64,000 nt of DNA, taken from an uncultured delta proteobacterium. GTDB lineage: Bacteria; Desulfobacterota; Binatia; Binatales; Binataceae. Positions 19,610 to 28,800 of the stretch are shown here, piece by piece. The stretch covers positions 288,001 to 352,000 of the forward strand of contig CAWCDG010000004.1 of NCBI GenBank assembly GCA_963794325.1, written 5' to 3'. The notes beneath the pieces are model-generated. The model was given only the letters and a program-made list of their open reading frames with translations, was not told the origin of the DNA and made no database searches. Position numbers and translations under genes: made by a program. Position 1 is the first letter of the stretch. The number at the start of each line of letters is the position of its first letter.

Positions 19610-20902
19610 ATGTTCCCGATGATTCAGAACGCTGTGATTCTCTCCACCGGCGACGAAATCACCACCGGCAAGGTCGTCGATACCAACGCCAACTACCTCT
19701 CCGACAAGCTCGCGGAAATTGGAATCGATCTGGTCGCCGTGATCACGGTTGGCGACGTTCCCGATCGCCTGGAGTGGGCATGGCGCACCGCGATCGAAAA
19801 GGGCGACGTCGTGATTTCGACCGGCGGCATCGGCCCGACCGCCGACGACCTCACCACCGAAACCATCGCGCGCGTCGCTGGCGTGAAGTTGCGGCGCGAC
19901 GAGGCCGCCGTCGATCACATGAAGCGATTGTTCGCGTCGATCAGCCGCCCGATGCCCGAGAATAATCTCAAGCAGGCGGACTTTCCCGACGGCGCGACCG
20001 TCATTCAGAACCCGCTCGGCACCGCCCCCGGCTTCAGGATGCCGGTGACGATCCGCGGCCACACCGCACATCTGATCGTGTTGCCGGGCGTGCCGCGCGA
20101 GATGAAACCGATGATGGAAAACACGGTGATACCGTGGATCGCGGCGAATCGCGGCACCGACCAGGTTTACGCGGTGAAGATTTTCCAGACTTTCGGGATG
20201 AGCGAGTCGGCACTCGACGAAGCCGTCGCGGGATTGATCAAGCCGGACGAAGCGAAGGTCTCTTTCCGCGCGAGCTTCCCGCAAATTTCGCTGAAGATCA
20301 GAGTCGAGGGGCAACCCGGTGAAGTCGATCGCAAGCTCGACGAACTGTCGCGTCGCGTCCGCGAGAAAATCTCGCAATTCGTTTACGCCGAAGGCGACAC
20401 CTCGATGGAAGAAGTCGTCGGCCAGTTGCTGCTCGGCAAGAAACTCACGCTGGCAGTGGCCGAGTCATGCACCGGCGGACTGATCGGACATCGCATCACC
20501 AACGTTCCCGGCTGCTCGCAATATTTCGTCGGCGACCTCGTCACCTACTCCAACGACGTCAAGGCGGGGGTGCTCGGCGTTTCGGAAGAGACGCTGAAAG
20601 CGCACGGCGCGGTCAGCGAGGAATGCGTCCGCGAGATGGCGACCGGCGTCCGCCAACGCACGGGCGCGAGCCTGTCGGTCGCGACCTCGGGCATCGCGGG
20701 GCCTGACGGCGGCACTCCCGACAAGCCGGTCGGCACGGTCTGTATCGCGCTGTCGGCGGACGATCAGAGTTTCACGCGCCGCTACCAGTTCCGCGGCACT
20801 CGCGACTGGATCAAGCTGATCACGTCGCAGGTTGCGCTCGACTGGATCCGGCGTTACGCGCTGGGTCTGCCGCTCGCGGACTCGACGCTGTTCCGCCGCT
20901 GA
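19610..20902 (+). CDS. cinA: Competence/damage-inducible protein A (with PncC NMN-deamidase domain)
   Basis: GDEITTG..DTN, TGGIGPTADD, LPGVPREM, AESCTGG and SGIAGPDGG motifs. Confidence 0.95.
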   Translation: MFPMIQNAVILSTGDEITTGKVVDTNANYLSDKLAEIGIDLVAVITVGDVPDRLEWAWRTAIEKGDVVISTGGIGPTADDLTTETIARVAGVKLRRDEAAVDHMKRLFASISRPMPENNLKQADFPDGATVIQNPLGTAPGFRMPVTIRGHTAHLIVLPGVPREMKPMMENTVIPWIAANRGTDQVYAVKIFQTFGMSESALDEAVAGLIKPDEAKVSFRASFPQISLKIRVEGQPGEVDRKLDELSRRVREKISQFVYAEGDTSMEEVVGQLLLGKKLTLAVAESCTGGLIGHRITNVPGCSQYFVGDLVTYSNDVKAGVLGVSEETLKAHGAVSEECVREMATGVRQRTGASLSVATSGIAGPDGGTPDKPVGTVCIALSADDQSFTRRYQFRGTRDWIKLITSQVALDWIRRYALGLPLADSTLFRR

Positions 20903-20905
20903 TGC

Positions 20906-21286
20906 TCATCGGACGCGCGCGTAGTTGATCAGATCGCTGCCAGTCCCGGCGAGCGCGAGCTTCCCGTTCGCCGCGGCGCACTGGACCGCGTTGGCCGACG
21001 ACGCGTCGCTGCATAGCACGACGTTGGTGTCGCCGGTGAAGCATGTATCGTTGACGGTCGCGTTGCCTTGAGAGAGTTGCACGTGACCGGCGCAAAGATT
21101 GGCCGTCTCCTTCACATCGACCGAGCCAAATACGCTGTTTGCCCATACGCCGTGCACGTCACTCATGCCGGAAGAGGCGGGACCGCCATGCGGAGGTGGA
21201 GGCCCAGGATGCGGCCCACGACCGCATCCAGAGCCAAGCAGAGCGATCACCGAGAATACGCCAACGATGGTGGATGATGCTCTCAT
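20906..21286 (-). CDS. Hypothetical lipoprotein, last gene of the pspA operon
   Basis: Lipobox-like LLGSGC, Pro-rich linker, small beta-rich domain with 4 Cys. Confidence 0.65.
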   Translation of the reverse strand: MRASSTIVGVFSVIALLGSGCGRGPHPGPPPPHGGPASSGMSDVHGVWANSVFGSVDVKETANLCAGHVQLSQGNATVNDTCFTGDTNVVLCSDASSANAVQCAAANGKLALAGTGSDLINYARVR

Positions 21287-21293
21287 GTTCAAC

Positions 21294-22040
21294 TCAGTTC
21301 GCGTGCTTGACGTCGCCGTTGGCGGCGGCTTTGGCGGCCTCAGTGAAGATATCCATCGGGGCCAGCGGCGGGCGGCGCTTGCGCTTCAAATCCGCGAGCT
21401 CGGCCTGGGCCTTGGCTTCGGCGTTGCGCACCCGGATTGCCTCGAGCTTGTCACCGAGCTCGGAACCCGCGAGTTCGTGATTGACTCCCGCCTGCGCAAG
21501 CATCCGCTGAATCGACTCGCGCACTTCTTCGAGCGCGCGGACGTCGTCGTCGTACGAGATCTCTTCGAGCGCGCGTTGGATCCGCACGCGAGCCTGCGCG
21601 TTCCTCATCCGGGCGATCATCCGAATCTTTTCGACTTTGAGCTTTTCGATTTCGCCCTTGAACGAGATCAAGTTCTTCTTCGCGTCCTCGGCTTCGGTCG
21701 TCAGCTCTCCAAGCTCTTCGCGGAGTCGAGTGCAATCGCCGTCGAGGATGTGCTTGCGCTGAATCAGAATCAGCGCGCATTGATCCTCGTTCATGTCGGC
21801 CGCCTGCCCCGCTTCCTCGTCGACTTCTTTCATCTCGGCCAGCTTCTCGCGCAGCTCGCGCTCGAGCTTGTTGCGCATATAGATGACGCCGGCCGCCGCG
21901 GTCTTGAGCTGATGATAGCGATGCACGCGGTCCGAGATTGCGGACTCGTACACCGCTTCTGGATCGCGCGCCTCGCGCGCTTTAATCCAGCGGCTGAACT
22001 TGCCTCCGATCAATTTGAAAAATCTTGATAACACTTTCAT
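21294..22040 (-). CDS. pspA: PspA/IM30 (bacterial ESCRT-III) family protein
   Basis: Amphipathic N-terminus MKVLSRFFKLIGGKFSRW, then DPEAVYESAI, long coiled coil and AQAELADLK tail. Confidence 0.85.
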   Translation of the reverse strand: MKVLSRFFKLIGGKFSRWIKAREARDPEAVYESAISDRVHRYHQLKTAAAGVIYMRNKLERELREKLAEMKEVDEEAGQAADMNEDQCALILIQRKHILDGDCTRLREELGELTTEAEDAKKNLISFKGEIEKLKVEKIRMIARMRNAQARVRIQRALEEISYDDDVRALEEVRESIQRMLAQAGVNHELAGSELGDKLEAIRVRNAEAKAQAELADLKRKRRPPLAPMDIFTEAAKAAANGDVKHAN

Positions 22041-22095
22041 TCTCCTTTTCAGCCGCGAGCGCTCTTCGCTTGCGCAGCCGACTGTTGCTGAATTT

Positions 22096-22578
22096 TCAGA
22101 TCCAACGCCTGACGCGATCCTTGTAAGCGGCGTAGTCCTGCCCGAAGAGCCGCTCCATCGTTTCTTCCTCGCGCGGAATGACCAACCGATCGATCACCGC
22201 AAAGAACACCGCCGGCGCCAGCAGCATCGCAATCGATTCGAAGAAGATTGCCAGTCCCAGCAACACCGTCACGAGGCCGAAGTACATCGGGTTGCGCGTC
22301 CAGGTGAACGGCGGCTGCACGACGAATGCGGTCGGCTCGCCCCAGGGCTTTCTGGTGGTGTCTCGCGCCTGGAAAATCGCGGCGGCGAAACTCGACAATC
22401 CCGCGCCGACCGCGACTGCGATCAGGCCGATCACCTGGTACCATCCGACGGATCGCCCCTCCGGCAGCATGAAATGAAGCGCGAGCGTGACCAGCACGAG
22501 CGCACCCGCCAGCAACGGCGGATGAATCTTCACGGTCGTAAGCGTGGCGCTCGGGGCTTGAGGTTCGGTGGAGTTCAT
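22096..22578 (-). CDS. Isoprenylcysteine carboxylmethyltransferase/PEMT family membrane methyltransferase
   Basis: PF.WTRNPMYFG and IPREEETMERLFGQDY.AYKDRVRRWI signatures. Confidence 0.9.
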   Translation of the reverse strand: MNSTEPQAPSATLTTVKIHPPLLAGALVLVTLALHFMLPEGRSVGWYQVIGLIAVAVGAGLSSFAAAIFQARDTTRKPWGEPTAFVVQPPFTWTRNPMYFGLVTVLLGLAIFFESIAMLLAPAVFFAVIDRLVIPREEETMERLFGQDYAAYKDRVRRWI

Positions 22579-22605
22579 TGCTTATTTGTCTCCGCATGCG
22601 CGAGA

Positions 22606-24060
22606 TCAGTTCGCGTCACTCTTGGGCGCAAGCCCGATATTCTCGATGGTGATTCCAAGCTCGCGCATCTTCTGCTGAAAGCTTTGTCGATACATTCCGG
22701 TGCGTTCCGCGGCCCGCGAGATATTTCCGCCAGTCGCGCGCAGCGCGCGCACGAAGAAGTCCCTCTCCCAATCGCCGACGAACTTCTCCTTCGCCTCGCG
22801 AAAAGTCATCGCCGATTCGCCGTTCTCGCTGGCCGCCGGCGCATGATTCGAAGCGTTCGATGCAGGCGCGTTCGCATGATCACCCTCGGGCTCCGATCCG
22901 GCGAAAAGATCTTCCGGCGTAATCTCGCTACCGGACGACAAAATCACTGCCTGCTCGATTGCCGCCTTGAGCGAACGTGCGTTGCCTTTCCACGGCGCCT
23001 CGACGCACGCGCGCATCGCCTCGGGCGTGAGCTGCTTTTCCGGCGCGGAGAAACGATTGCGTGCGTCCGCGATAAAATGTTGGACCATCAGAGGAACGTC
23101 TTCGCGACGCTCGCGTACCGGAGGCACGCGAATCTCGACGACCTTCAGCCGGTAGTACAGATCCTCGCGGAACTTGCCCTGCTCGATCATCGCTTCGAGG
23201 TCCTGGTTGGTCGCCGCGATAATCCGCACGTCCACGCTCAGCGGCTGATTCCCGCCGATACGCTCGAACACCTGCTCTTGCAGGACGCGCAGCAACTTGG
23301 CCTGCGTCTCGAGCGCCATGTCGCCGATCTCGTCGAGGAACAACGTGCCGCCATTTGCGGCTTCGAACTTTCCTTCGCGGCGCGCGACGGCCCCGGTGAA
23401 CGCGCCCTTCTCGTGGCCGAACAGCTCGCTCTCGACCAACTCGCGCGAGAACGCCGCGCAATTCACCGCGATGAACGGCTTGCGCGCGCGCGGACTTCTA
23501 AAATGTATCGCGCGTGCGACCAGCTCTTTGCCGGTGCCCGATTCGCCGCGAATCAGAACAGTAACGTCAGTCGGCGCGACCTTGTCGATCGTCTCGAACA
23601 CGCGCATCATCGCGCGCGATCGCCCGACCATGTTTTCAAAAACTCCGGTCTCGAGGCGCACCTGCTCGAGTAGCTGGTTGTGCTCGCGCTTGAGCAGTTG
23701 CGTCTCCATCACCTTGCGCACTTTCATGCGCAGTTCGTCGTTGTCGAACGGCTTGGGCAGGTAATCCTCCGCGCCCGCCTTCATCGCTTCGACTGCGATT
23801 CGCTGCGTGCCGAACGCGGTGATCATCAGCACTGCACACGCGGGGTCGATTTCGCGAACGTGCTTCAACAATTCGAGCCCGCTCATTCCTTTCATGCTGA
23901 GGTCCGTGATGATCACGTGGAACAGCCCCGCCTTGACCTTCTCGAGCGCTTCCTCGCCCGACTCCGCGGTCTCGACTTCGTAGCCCTCTTTGGTGAAGAG
24001 CCCTTTGAGCGCGATGACGATTCCGCGCTCGTCGTCAACTACCAGCAATCGGCCTTTCAA
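22606..24060 (-). CDS. NtrC-family sigma54-dependent response regulator
   Basis: Receiver domain (VVDD, ITD, KPF), [30 protein letters not shown] and C-terminal Fis-type HTH. Confidence 0.95.
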   Translation of the reverse strand: MKGRLLVVDDERGIVIALKGLFTKEGYEVETAESGEEALEKVKAGLFHVIITDLSMKGMSGLELLKHVREIDPACAVLMITAFGTQRIAVEAMKAGAEDYLPKPFDNDELRMKVRKVMETQLLKREHNQLLEQVRLETGVFENMVGRSRAMMRVFETIDKVAPTDVTVLIRGESGTGKELVARAIHFRSPRARKPFIAVNCAAFSRELVESELFGHEKGAFTGAVARREGKFEAANGGTLFLDEIGDMALETQAKLLRVLQEQVFERIGGNQPLSVDVRIIAATNQDLEAMIEQGKFREDLYYRLKVVEIRVPPVRERREDVPLMVQHFIADARNRFSAPEKQLTPEAMRACVEAPWKGNARSLKAAIEQAVILSSGSEITPEDLFAGSEPEGDHANAPASNASNHAPAASENGESAMTFREAKEKFVGDWERDFFVRALRATGGNISRAAERTGMYRQSFQQKMRELGITIENIGLAPKSDAN

Positions 24061-25583
24061 TTTCGTAGCCTCGAGGTTTGCGCGGACGGCCCGCCCGCTG
24101 CCATTGGCACGATCGGCGCCGTAGTCGCGCCGCCACCATTATTTTGCGGGTTGTTTTGATGGAGAGGTTCGGTCGCATCTGCTGCGATATCCGACGATTC
24201 GGCCGACGACTGGACTACGTCGTCGTTGTCGCGCACAGAGTCGCTCAGCGGAATCGCGAGCACGAACTCGGTGCCCTGCCCGACCTTGCTGTGCACCTCG
24301 ATGGTTCCGCGATGCGAGTCGATCACTTTTTTCGCGACGCCCAGCCCGAGCCCGGTACCGTTGGTCTTCGACGTGTAGAACGGATTGAAAATCTTCGCGA
24401 TCTTGTCGTCGGCGATTCCGCATCCGTTGTCGCGAATCCTGACCGCCGCCATCCCCGCGCCGTTGTTCTGAATCGCGAACTCGAGCCGGCGCTCGCCGGT
24501 CGTCGATTCCATCGCGTCGATCGCGTTGTCGATGATGTTGGAAAAAACCTGGCGCAGCTTGTCGGCGTCGGCGCGCACCGTCGGACCGCTCAGATAGGCG
24601 CGCGACACGGCGACCGAGTTCGCCTCGAGCTTGCTGCGCATCTGGGTGAGCGCGCCGTCGAGCACCCACGCGAGATTCACGTTTTCGAATTTGTAGTCTT
24701 CTTCCTTCGCGTATTTCAGCAGATGCGACACGCTGCGCTCGACGCGAGCGAGCTCGTCGAGCGCGACCTTGGCGTACTCGACGTTCTCGTGCGAGGTGGG
24801 ATCCTCGCCCATCTGCTGCACCAGGCTTTTCGCCGCCGCGATCGGATTTCGGATTTCGTGAGCGAAGGTCGCCGTCAGCTCGTCCAGCGACGCCTGCTTC
24901 TCGGTCCGCAACTGTTCCTTCTCCTGCAAAACTTCGCGCTGAACTTCGCGTGCGACTGCGGGCTCGAAGACGCGATCATGAACCCATCGCCAGCCGTACA
25001 CGGCCGAGAAGTGGCTTGCGACTCCGAATCCCCAGCCGAGCGCCGCCCACACCCACCACTGATATCCGAACGGGGTTGTAACCAGATTGATGATAAACAG
25101 GAAGCCGATGATGATGCCGTACCACATCAGATGCACGAAGAAGCCGGCCTCGGCCTGAGCGCGTCTGCGCGCGCGCTCGTAGGTCTGGCGGTCGGCGTCG
25201 TTCTTGAATTGTGGTGGCGGCGGCGCAAACCCGTCGGGATCGGCGCTCACGCCGCTGTACTTCTGCGTCTGTTTGTCGAAGCGCTGCTTCATCTTGCGCT
25301 CGAATCGCTCCGCCTTCGCTTCGAACTTGCGCGCCATCTTCGAATCGAGATCACGCTTTATCTTGCTGTGAAGATCGCTGGCGAAGCGCTCCGCCGACGC
25401 CGTCGTGGATGCCTTCGCATGCTCGGTCCACTTCGACCAATCGCGCGACCATTTCGAGCAGTTGCCGTATTGCGACCAGTCGTGCTTCGACCAGTCGCCG
25501 TACTTCATCCAGCGCAGGCGCTTACGCTTTCGATGTTGGACGACCGCGTAAATGATTAGTGCTATTAAAAATAAGCCGAACAT
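24057..25583 (-). CDS. Sensor histidine kinase with N-terminal TM, Trp-rich segment and 2TM domain
   Basis: FAHEIRNP H-box, [19 protein letters not shown] and GTGLGL; 2TM-domain pattern YERARRR...FFVHL...WWVW.ALGWGFG..SH. Confidence 0.9.
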   Translation of the reverse strand: MFGLFLIALIIYAVVQHRKRKRLRWMKYGDWSKHDWSQYGNCSKWSRDWSKWTEHAKASTTASAERFASDLHSKIKRDLDSKMARKFEAKAERFERKMKQRFDKQTQKYSGVSADPDGFAPPPPQFKNDADRQTYERARRRAQAEAGFFVHLMWYGIIIGFLFIINLVTTPFGYQWWVWAALGWGFGVASHFSAVYGWRWVHDRVFEPAVAREVQREVLQEKEQLRTEKQASLDELTATFAHEIRNPIAAAKSLVQQMGEDPTSHENVEYAKVALDELARVERSVSHLLKYAKEEDYKFENVNLAWVLDGALTQMRSKLEANSVAVSRAYLSGPTVRADADKLRQVFSNIIDNAIDAMESTTGERRLEFAIQNNGAGMAAVRIRDNGCGIADDKIAKIFNPFYTSKTNGTGLGLGVAKKVIDSHRGTIEVHSKVGQGTEFVLAIPLSDSVRDNDDVVQSSAESSDIAADATEPLHQNNPQNNGGGATTAPIVPMAAGGPSAQTSRLRN

Positions 25584-25684
25584 CCTGCCTCACCTGGGGC
25601 CGGAAATGCCGGTCCGTGTAATTGACCTATCGAGTCGCCAGAACTAAAACAATCACCGTTCAATTTGGGGTCCTGACCTCTAAG

Positions 25685-25700
25685 TGCAAAGGGGGTGCCG
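25685..25700 (-). promoter_or_regulatory. sigma54 promoter of the HK-RR-methyltransferase-pspA operon
   Basis: Minus strand CGGCAC-CCCCT-TTGCA with canonical spacing, about 100 bp before the HK start. Confidence 0.8.
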
Positions 25701-25772
25701 ACACGCGACTGGACGAAAAGCCGAGCATTCGCGCGGATTTCAATAATCGCCCACGCCCGCACGCCGCCGTAG

Positions 25773-25804
25773 TGCAGTCGCCGCATTGCAGTGCCCGCAC
25801 TGCA
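25773..25804. promoter_or_regulatory. Overlapping palindromes, candidate upstream activator sequences
   Basis: TGCAGT-CGCCGC-ATTGCA (25773-25790) and perfect TGCAGTGC-CC-GCACTGCA (25787-25804), about 75-105 bp upstream of the -24 box. Confidence 0.6.
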
Positions 25805-25865
25805 TCGAGGCTCGGCCCTCGCGCTTCCTTGACTTCGACAGCGAACGGAATATTTTCATTTCCCG

Positions 25866-26675
25866 ATGACGCAGTACTGGCCATTTTCGGGGCTGATGCG
25901 ACAGAACGCGCTACGCGAACGGCTGATCGTGTCGCTCGACCTGCGCGACCGCGCCGACGCGCTCAAGCTGGTGGATCGCCTCGCACGCGTGGTCGGGATG
26001 TTCAAAGTCGGGCGCGCGCTGTTCGTCGGCGGCGGGCCTGATTTCATTCGCGAGATTCGCCGGCGCGGCGCCGAAGTTTTTCTCGACCTCAAGTTCCACG
26101 ACACTCCGCAAAAGGTGCTGCGCGCGGCAATCGAGGCGACCCGGCTCGGCGTCAAGATGTTCGATATTCATCCGTACGGCTCGAACTGCGGCTCAACCGA
26201 GATGATGACGCGGACGCGGGCCGAAGTCGCGCGCATTTGCAGGACCGAAGGTCTGCGGCGGCCGAGTATCCTGGCGATCGCGATGCTGGCCGACACGAAG
26301 TCCCCGAACTCCGGCGCCCACACTCACGGATCGCCCGATCGGGTCACCGAGATCGCGCGCTTTGCCGCCGACGCGTCGCTCGACGGCGTCGTCACGTGGC
26401 CGCACGAAGTTACACACGTGCGCAATACCTGCGGGCGCCGATTCATTATCGTCACCTCGGGCGTGCGGCTGAATGAAGTGGCCAGTCCCGCCTCGAACGG
26501 GATCACGGCGGCCGAAGCGATCCGCGCGGGCGCCGACTACGTCGTGGTCGGCGGTCCGATCTGGCGCGCGGCCGAGCCGCTTCGCGCGGTGCGCGAGATT
26601 ACAGACGACATCGAGCGTGGATTGCGCAACAGCCCGCGGCGCACGTTTGAAATTCTCAACCCCCGTCCCGTGTAG
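25866..26675 (+). CDS. Orotidine-5'-phosphate decarboxylase-like protein (divergent PyrF homolog)
   Basis: LIVSLD, FKVG, FLDLKFHD and AGADYVVVG present; phosphate-binding motifs are altered. Confidence 0.8.
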   Translation: MTQYWPFSGLMRQNALRERLIVSLDLRDRADALKLVDRLARVVGMFKVGRALFVGGGPDFIREIRRRGAEVFLDLKFHDTPQKVLRAAIEATRLGVKMFDIHPYGSNCGSTEMMTRTRAEVARICRTEGLRRPSILAIAMLADTKSPNSGAHTHGSPDRVTEIARFAADASLDGVVTWPHEVTHVRNTCGRRFIIVTSGVRLNEVASPASNGITAAEAIRAGADYVVVGGPIWRAAEPLRAVREITDDIERGLRNSPRRTFEILNPRPV

Positions 26676-26759
26676 TCGGTCTTCGATCTATCGCGCGTCT
26701 GTCTTTCTTATTCGAAGCAAACTACGATTGCGCGAAATGCATGAGACCGGAGCCTGTTC

Positions 26760-27584
26760 TTGCTTGAAATCCTGATCAACCTGTTCGCAGTTTCGATCGG
26801 CGCCGGATTCATCGGTGCGATCTCGGGCCTCGGTGGCGGCGTCTTTATTGTGCCCGCGCTGGTTGTCCTCGCGCACATGCCGATGAAAATCGCGGTTGGC
26901 GCGAGCCTGATCTCGGTCGTCGCGACCAGCGCCGGCGCCAGCGTCGCATTCGTGCGCGACGGATGGACCAATCTGAGAGTCGCCATGGTGCTCGAGTGCG
27001 CGACTGTCACCGGTGCAGTGATCGGCGCCTATCTCGCCGGCGTCGTGCCAACCGTCGTGTTGGAATTGCTGTTCGCCGCGATGATGCTCCAGTCCGCATA
27101 CTTCACGATCACCAAGCACGGCGATGACATCCTGACCAAGGGTGACCCGCTGGCCGAACGGCTCGAACTCGCAGGCGAGGTGCCTGACGGCGACAAAACG
27201 ATCCATTACGAAGTCGTAAAAGTACCGCAGGGCGGCGCGCTGATGGTCGTTGCGGGCCTGATGTCGGGGCTGCTGGGAATCGGATCGGGCGCGCTGAAGG
27301 TGATGGCGATGGACTACGTCATGCACCTGCCGCTGAAGGTTTCGAGCGCGACCAGCAACTTCATGATCGGTGTGACGGCCGGCGCCGGCGCACTGGTGTT
27401 CCTCGCGCGCGGCGACGTCGCCACCACCATTGCGGCGCCGGTCGCAATCGGCGTCACCGCGGGCGCGCTCGCCGGTAGCCGCGTCCTGCCGCATCTTAAG
27501 GTCGAGTATCTCAGGACCGTTTTCGTGATAATTCTGGTGTTGATTGCGGCCGAGATGGGATGGCGCGCGCTGTCGGGGATTTAA
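26760..27584 (+). CDS. Sulfite exporter TauE/SafE family protein
   Basis: GLGGGVFIVP, SGLLGIGSG and KVSSATSNFMIG motifs. Confidence 0.9.
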   Translation: MLEILINLFAVSIGAGFIGAISGLGGGVFIVPALVVLAHMPMKIAVGASLISVVATSAGASVAFVRDGWTNLRVAMVLECATVTGAVIGAYLAGVVPTVVLELLFAAMMLQSAYFTITKHGDDILTKGDPLAERLELAGEVPDGDKTIHYEVVKVPQGGALMVVAGLMSGLLGIGSGALKVMAMDYVMHLPLKVSSATSNFMIGVTAGAGALVFLARGDVATTIAAPVAIGVTAGALAGSRVLPHLKVEYLRTVFVIILVLIAAEMGWRALSGI

Positions 27585-27587
27585 GCG

Positions 27588-27986
27588 ATGCCGAAACTGG
27601 AAGAAGAGAATCGGATACTCAGGGTGTGGACGCCGATTCTGCTGCGATCGATTCTGATCGCCGCGATGATCCTTCTCGTTTCCGGACTCGTCCTGACCTA
27701 CACCTTCGCCCCTGACTACTACGTGGATCGCTACCACGCGGTGGAACAGGGTCACCTGCTCGGTAAGGAGAAGTTCGGCCACGGCGTGTTGCTTGGAAGG
27801 ATTCGCGAAGGCAATCCGCACGCGGTTCTGACGCTTGGGCTGTTCGTGCTGACGCTCGTTCCGCTCGCGCGTGTCGGGTTCTGCTTCATCCTCTTCATCC
27901 GCGAGCGTGACTACACTTATGTTGCGCTTACTGCCTATGTGCTTGCAGGCTTGATTGTTGGCGTGCTGTTAGGGAGTGTCGGTTAG
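27588..27986 (+). CDS. DUF1634 family membrane protein
   Basis: Three TM segments, LGLFVL.LVP.ARV and ERD.TY; usual neighbour of TauE. Confidence 0.75.
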   Translation: MPKLEEENRILRVWTPILLRSILIAAMILLVSGLVLTYTFAPDYYVDRYHAVEQGHLLGKEKFGHGVLLGRIREGNPHAVLTLGLFVLTLVPLARVGFCFILFIRERDYTYVALTAYVLAGLIVGVLLGSVG

Positions 27987-28019
27987 AGATCGATCAGTAT
28001 TCGGACGGAGGTTCGCGCG

Positions 28020-28793
28020 ATGGAAATCAAAGGTAAGGTCGGCGTTATCACCGGCGGCTCATCGGGAATCGGTCGGGCAACGTCGGAGCGACTGGCGAAG
28101 GAAGGCGCGGCGATCGTGGTCGCCGACCTCGACGAAGCCGGAGGCGCGGAAACCGTCAAGCGAATCGAGAGCGCGGGCGGCCGCGCCGTTTTCGTTAAGG
28201 CCGACGTAACGAAACTCGACGATGCGCGCCGGATGCTCGACACGGCAGTCTCGAAATTCGGCCGCCTCGACATCCTGCACAACAACGCCGGCATCGGCGT
28301 CGGCGCACCCGGCTACCCCGACGCGCCGCCGGAGCGATGGCATCTGGTGATCGAGATCGATTTGCAGGCGGTGATTCTCGGCACCGGCCTCGCGGCGCCG
28401 CTGATGCAAAAAAATGGCGGCGGCGTGATCATCAACACAGCCTCGATGGCCGGCCTATACCCGCATCGCCAGGACGCCGTTTACGGCGCGGCGAAGGGCG
28501 GCGTCGTGAACTTCACGCACTCGCTCGCATCCTGGGAAGCGGAACGAAAAATCCGCGTCAACTGCATCTGCCCCGGCATCGTCGATACTCCGCTGGTCCG
28601 CCGAGGCCTGGAGCTGGCGAAGCAACACGGCATCAAGAGCTGGATGCCATCAAAAATAATCCAGCCCGAAGAAATCGCCGACGCAGTAGTAAGCCTGGTC
28701 CGCGACGATTCGATGTTCGGCTGCTCGCTAGAGGTGCGCCCAACCGGCCGCCAGATAGTGGATCCGCGCCCAGCGCCGGGTTCTCGCAGGTAA
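28020..28793 (+). CDS. SDR family oxidoreductase
   Basis: TGGSSGIG, NNAG, YGAAK and ICPG motifs. Confidence 0.95.
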   Translation: MEIKGKVGVITGGSSGIGRATSERLAKEGAAIVVADLDEAGGAETVKRIESAGGRAVFVKADVTKLDDARRMLDTAVSKFGRLDILHNNAGIGVGAPGYPDAPPERWHLVIEIDLQAVILGTGLAAPLMQKNGGGVIINTASMAGLYPHRQDAVYGAAKGGVVNFTHSLASWEAERKIRVNCICPGIVDTPLVRRGLELAKQHGIKSWMPSKIIQPEEIADAVVSLVRDDSMFGCSLEVRPTGRQIVDPRPAPGSRR

Positions 28794-28800
28794 TCAGAAA

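Noticed and set aside
22000-25559. Long plus-strand ORFs (557 aa and 493 aa) opposite the RR and HK genes
   Set aside because: Antisense shadow ORFs typical of high-GC coding DNA, with no recognisable motifs; the same applies to 745-1944, 5140-6546, 40917-42338 and 58394-60217.
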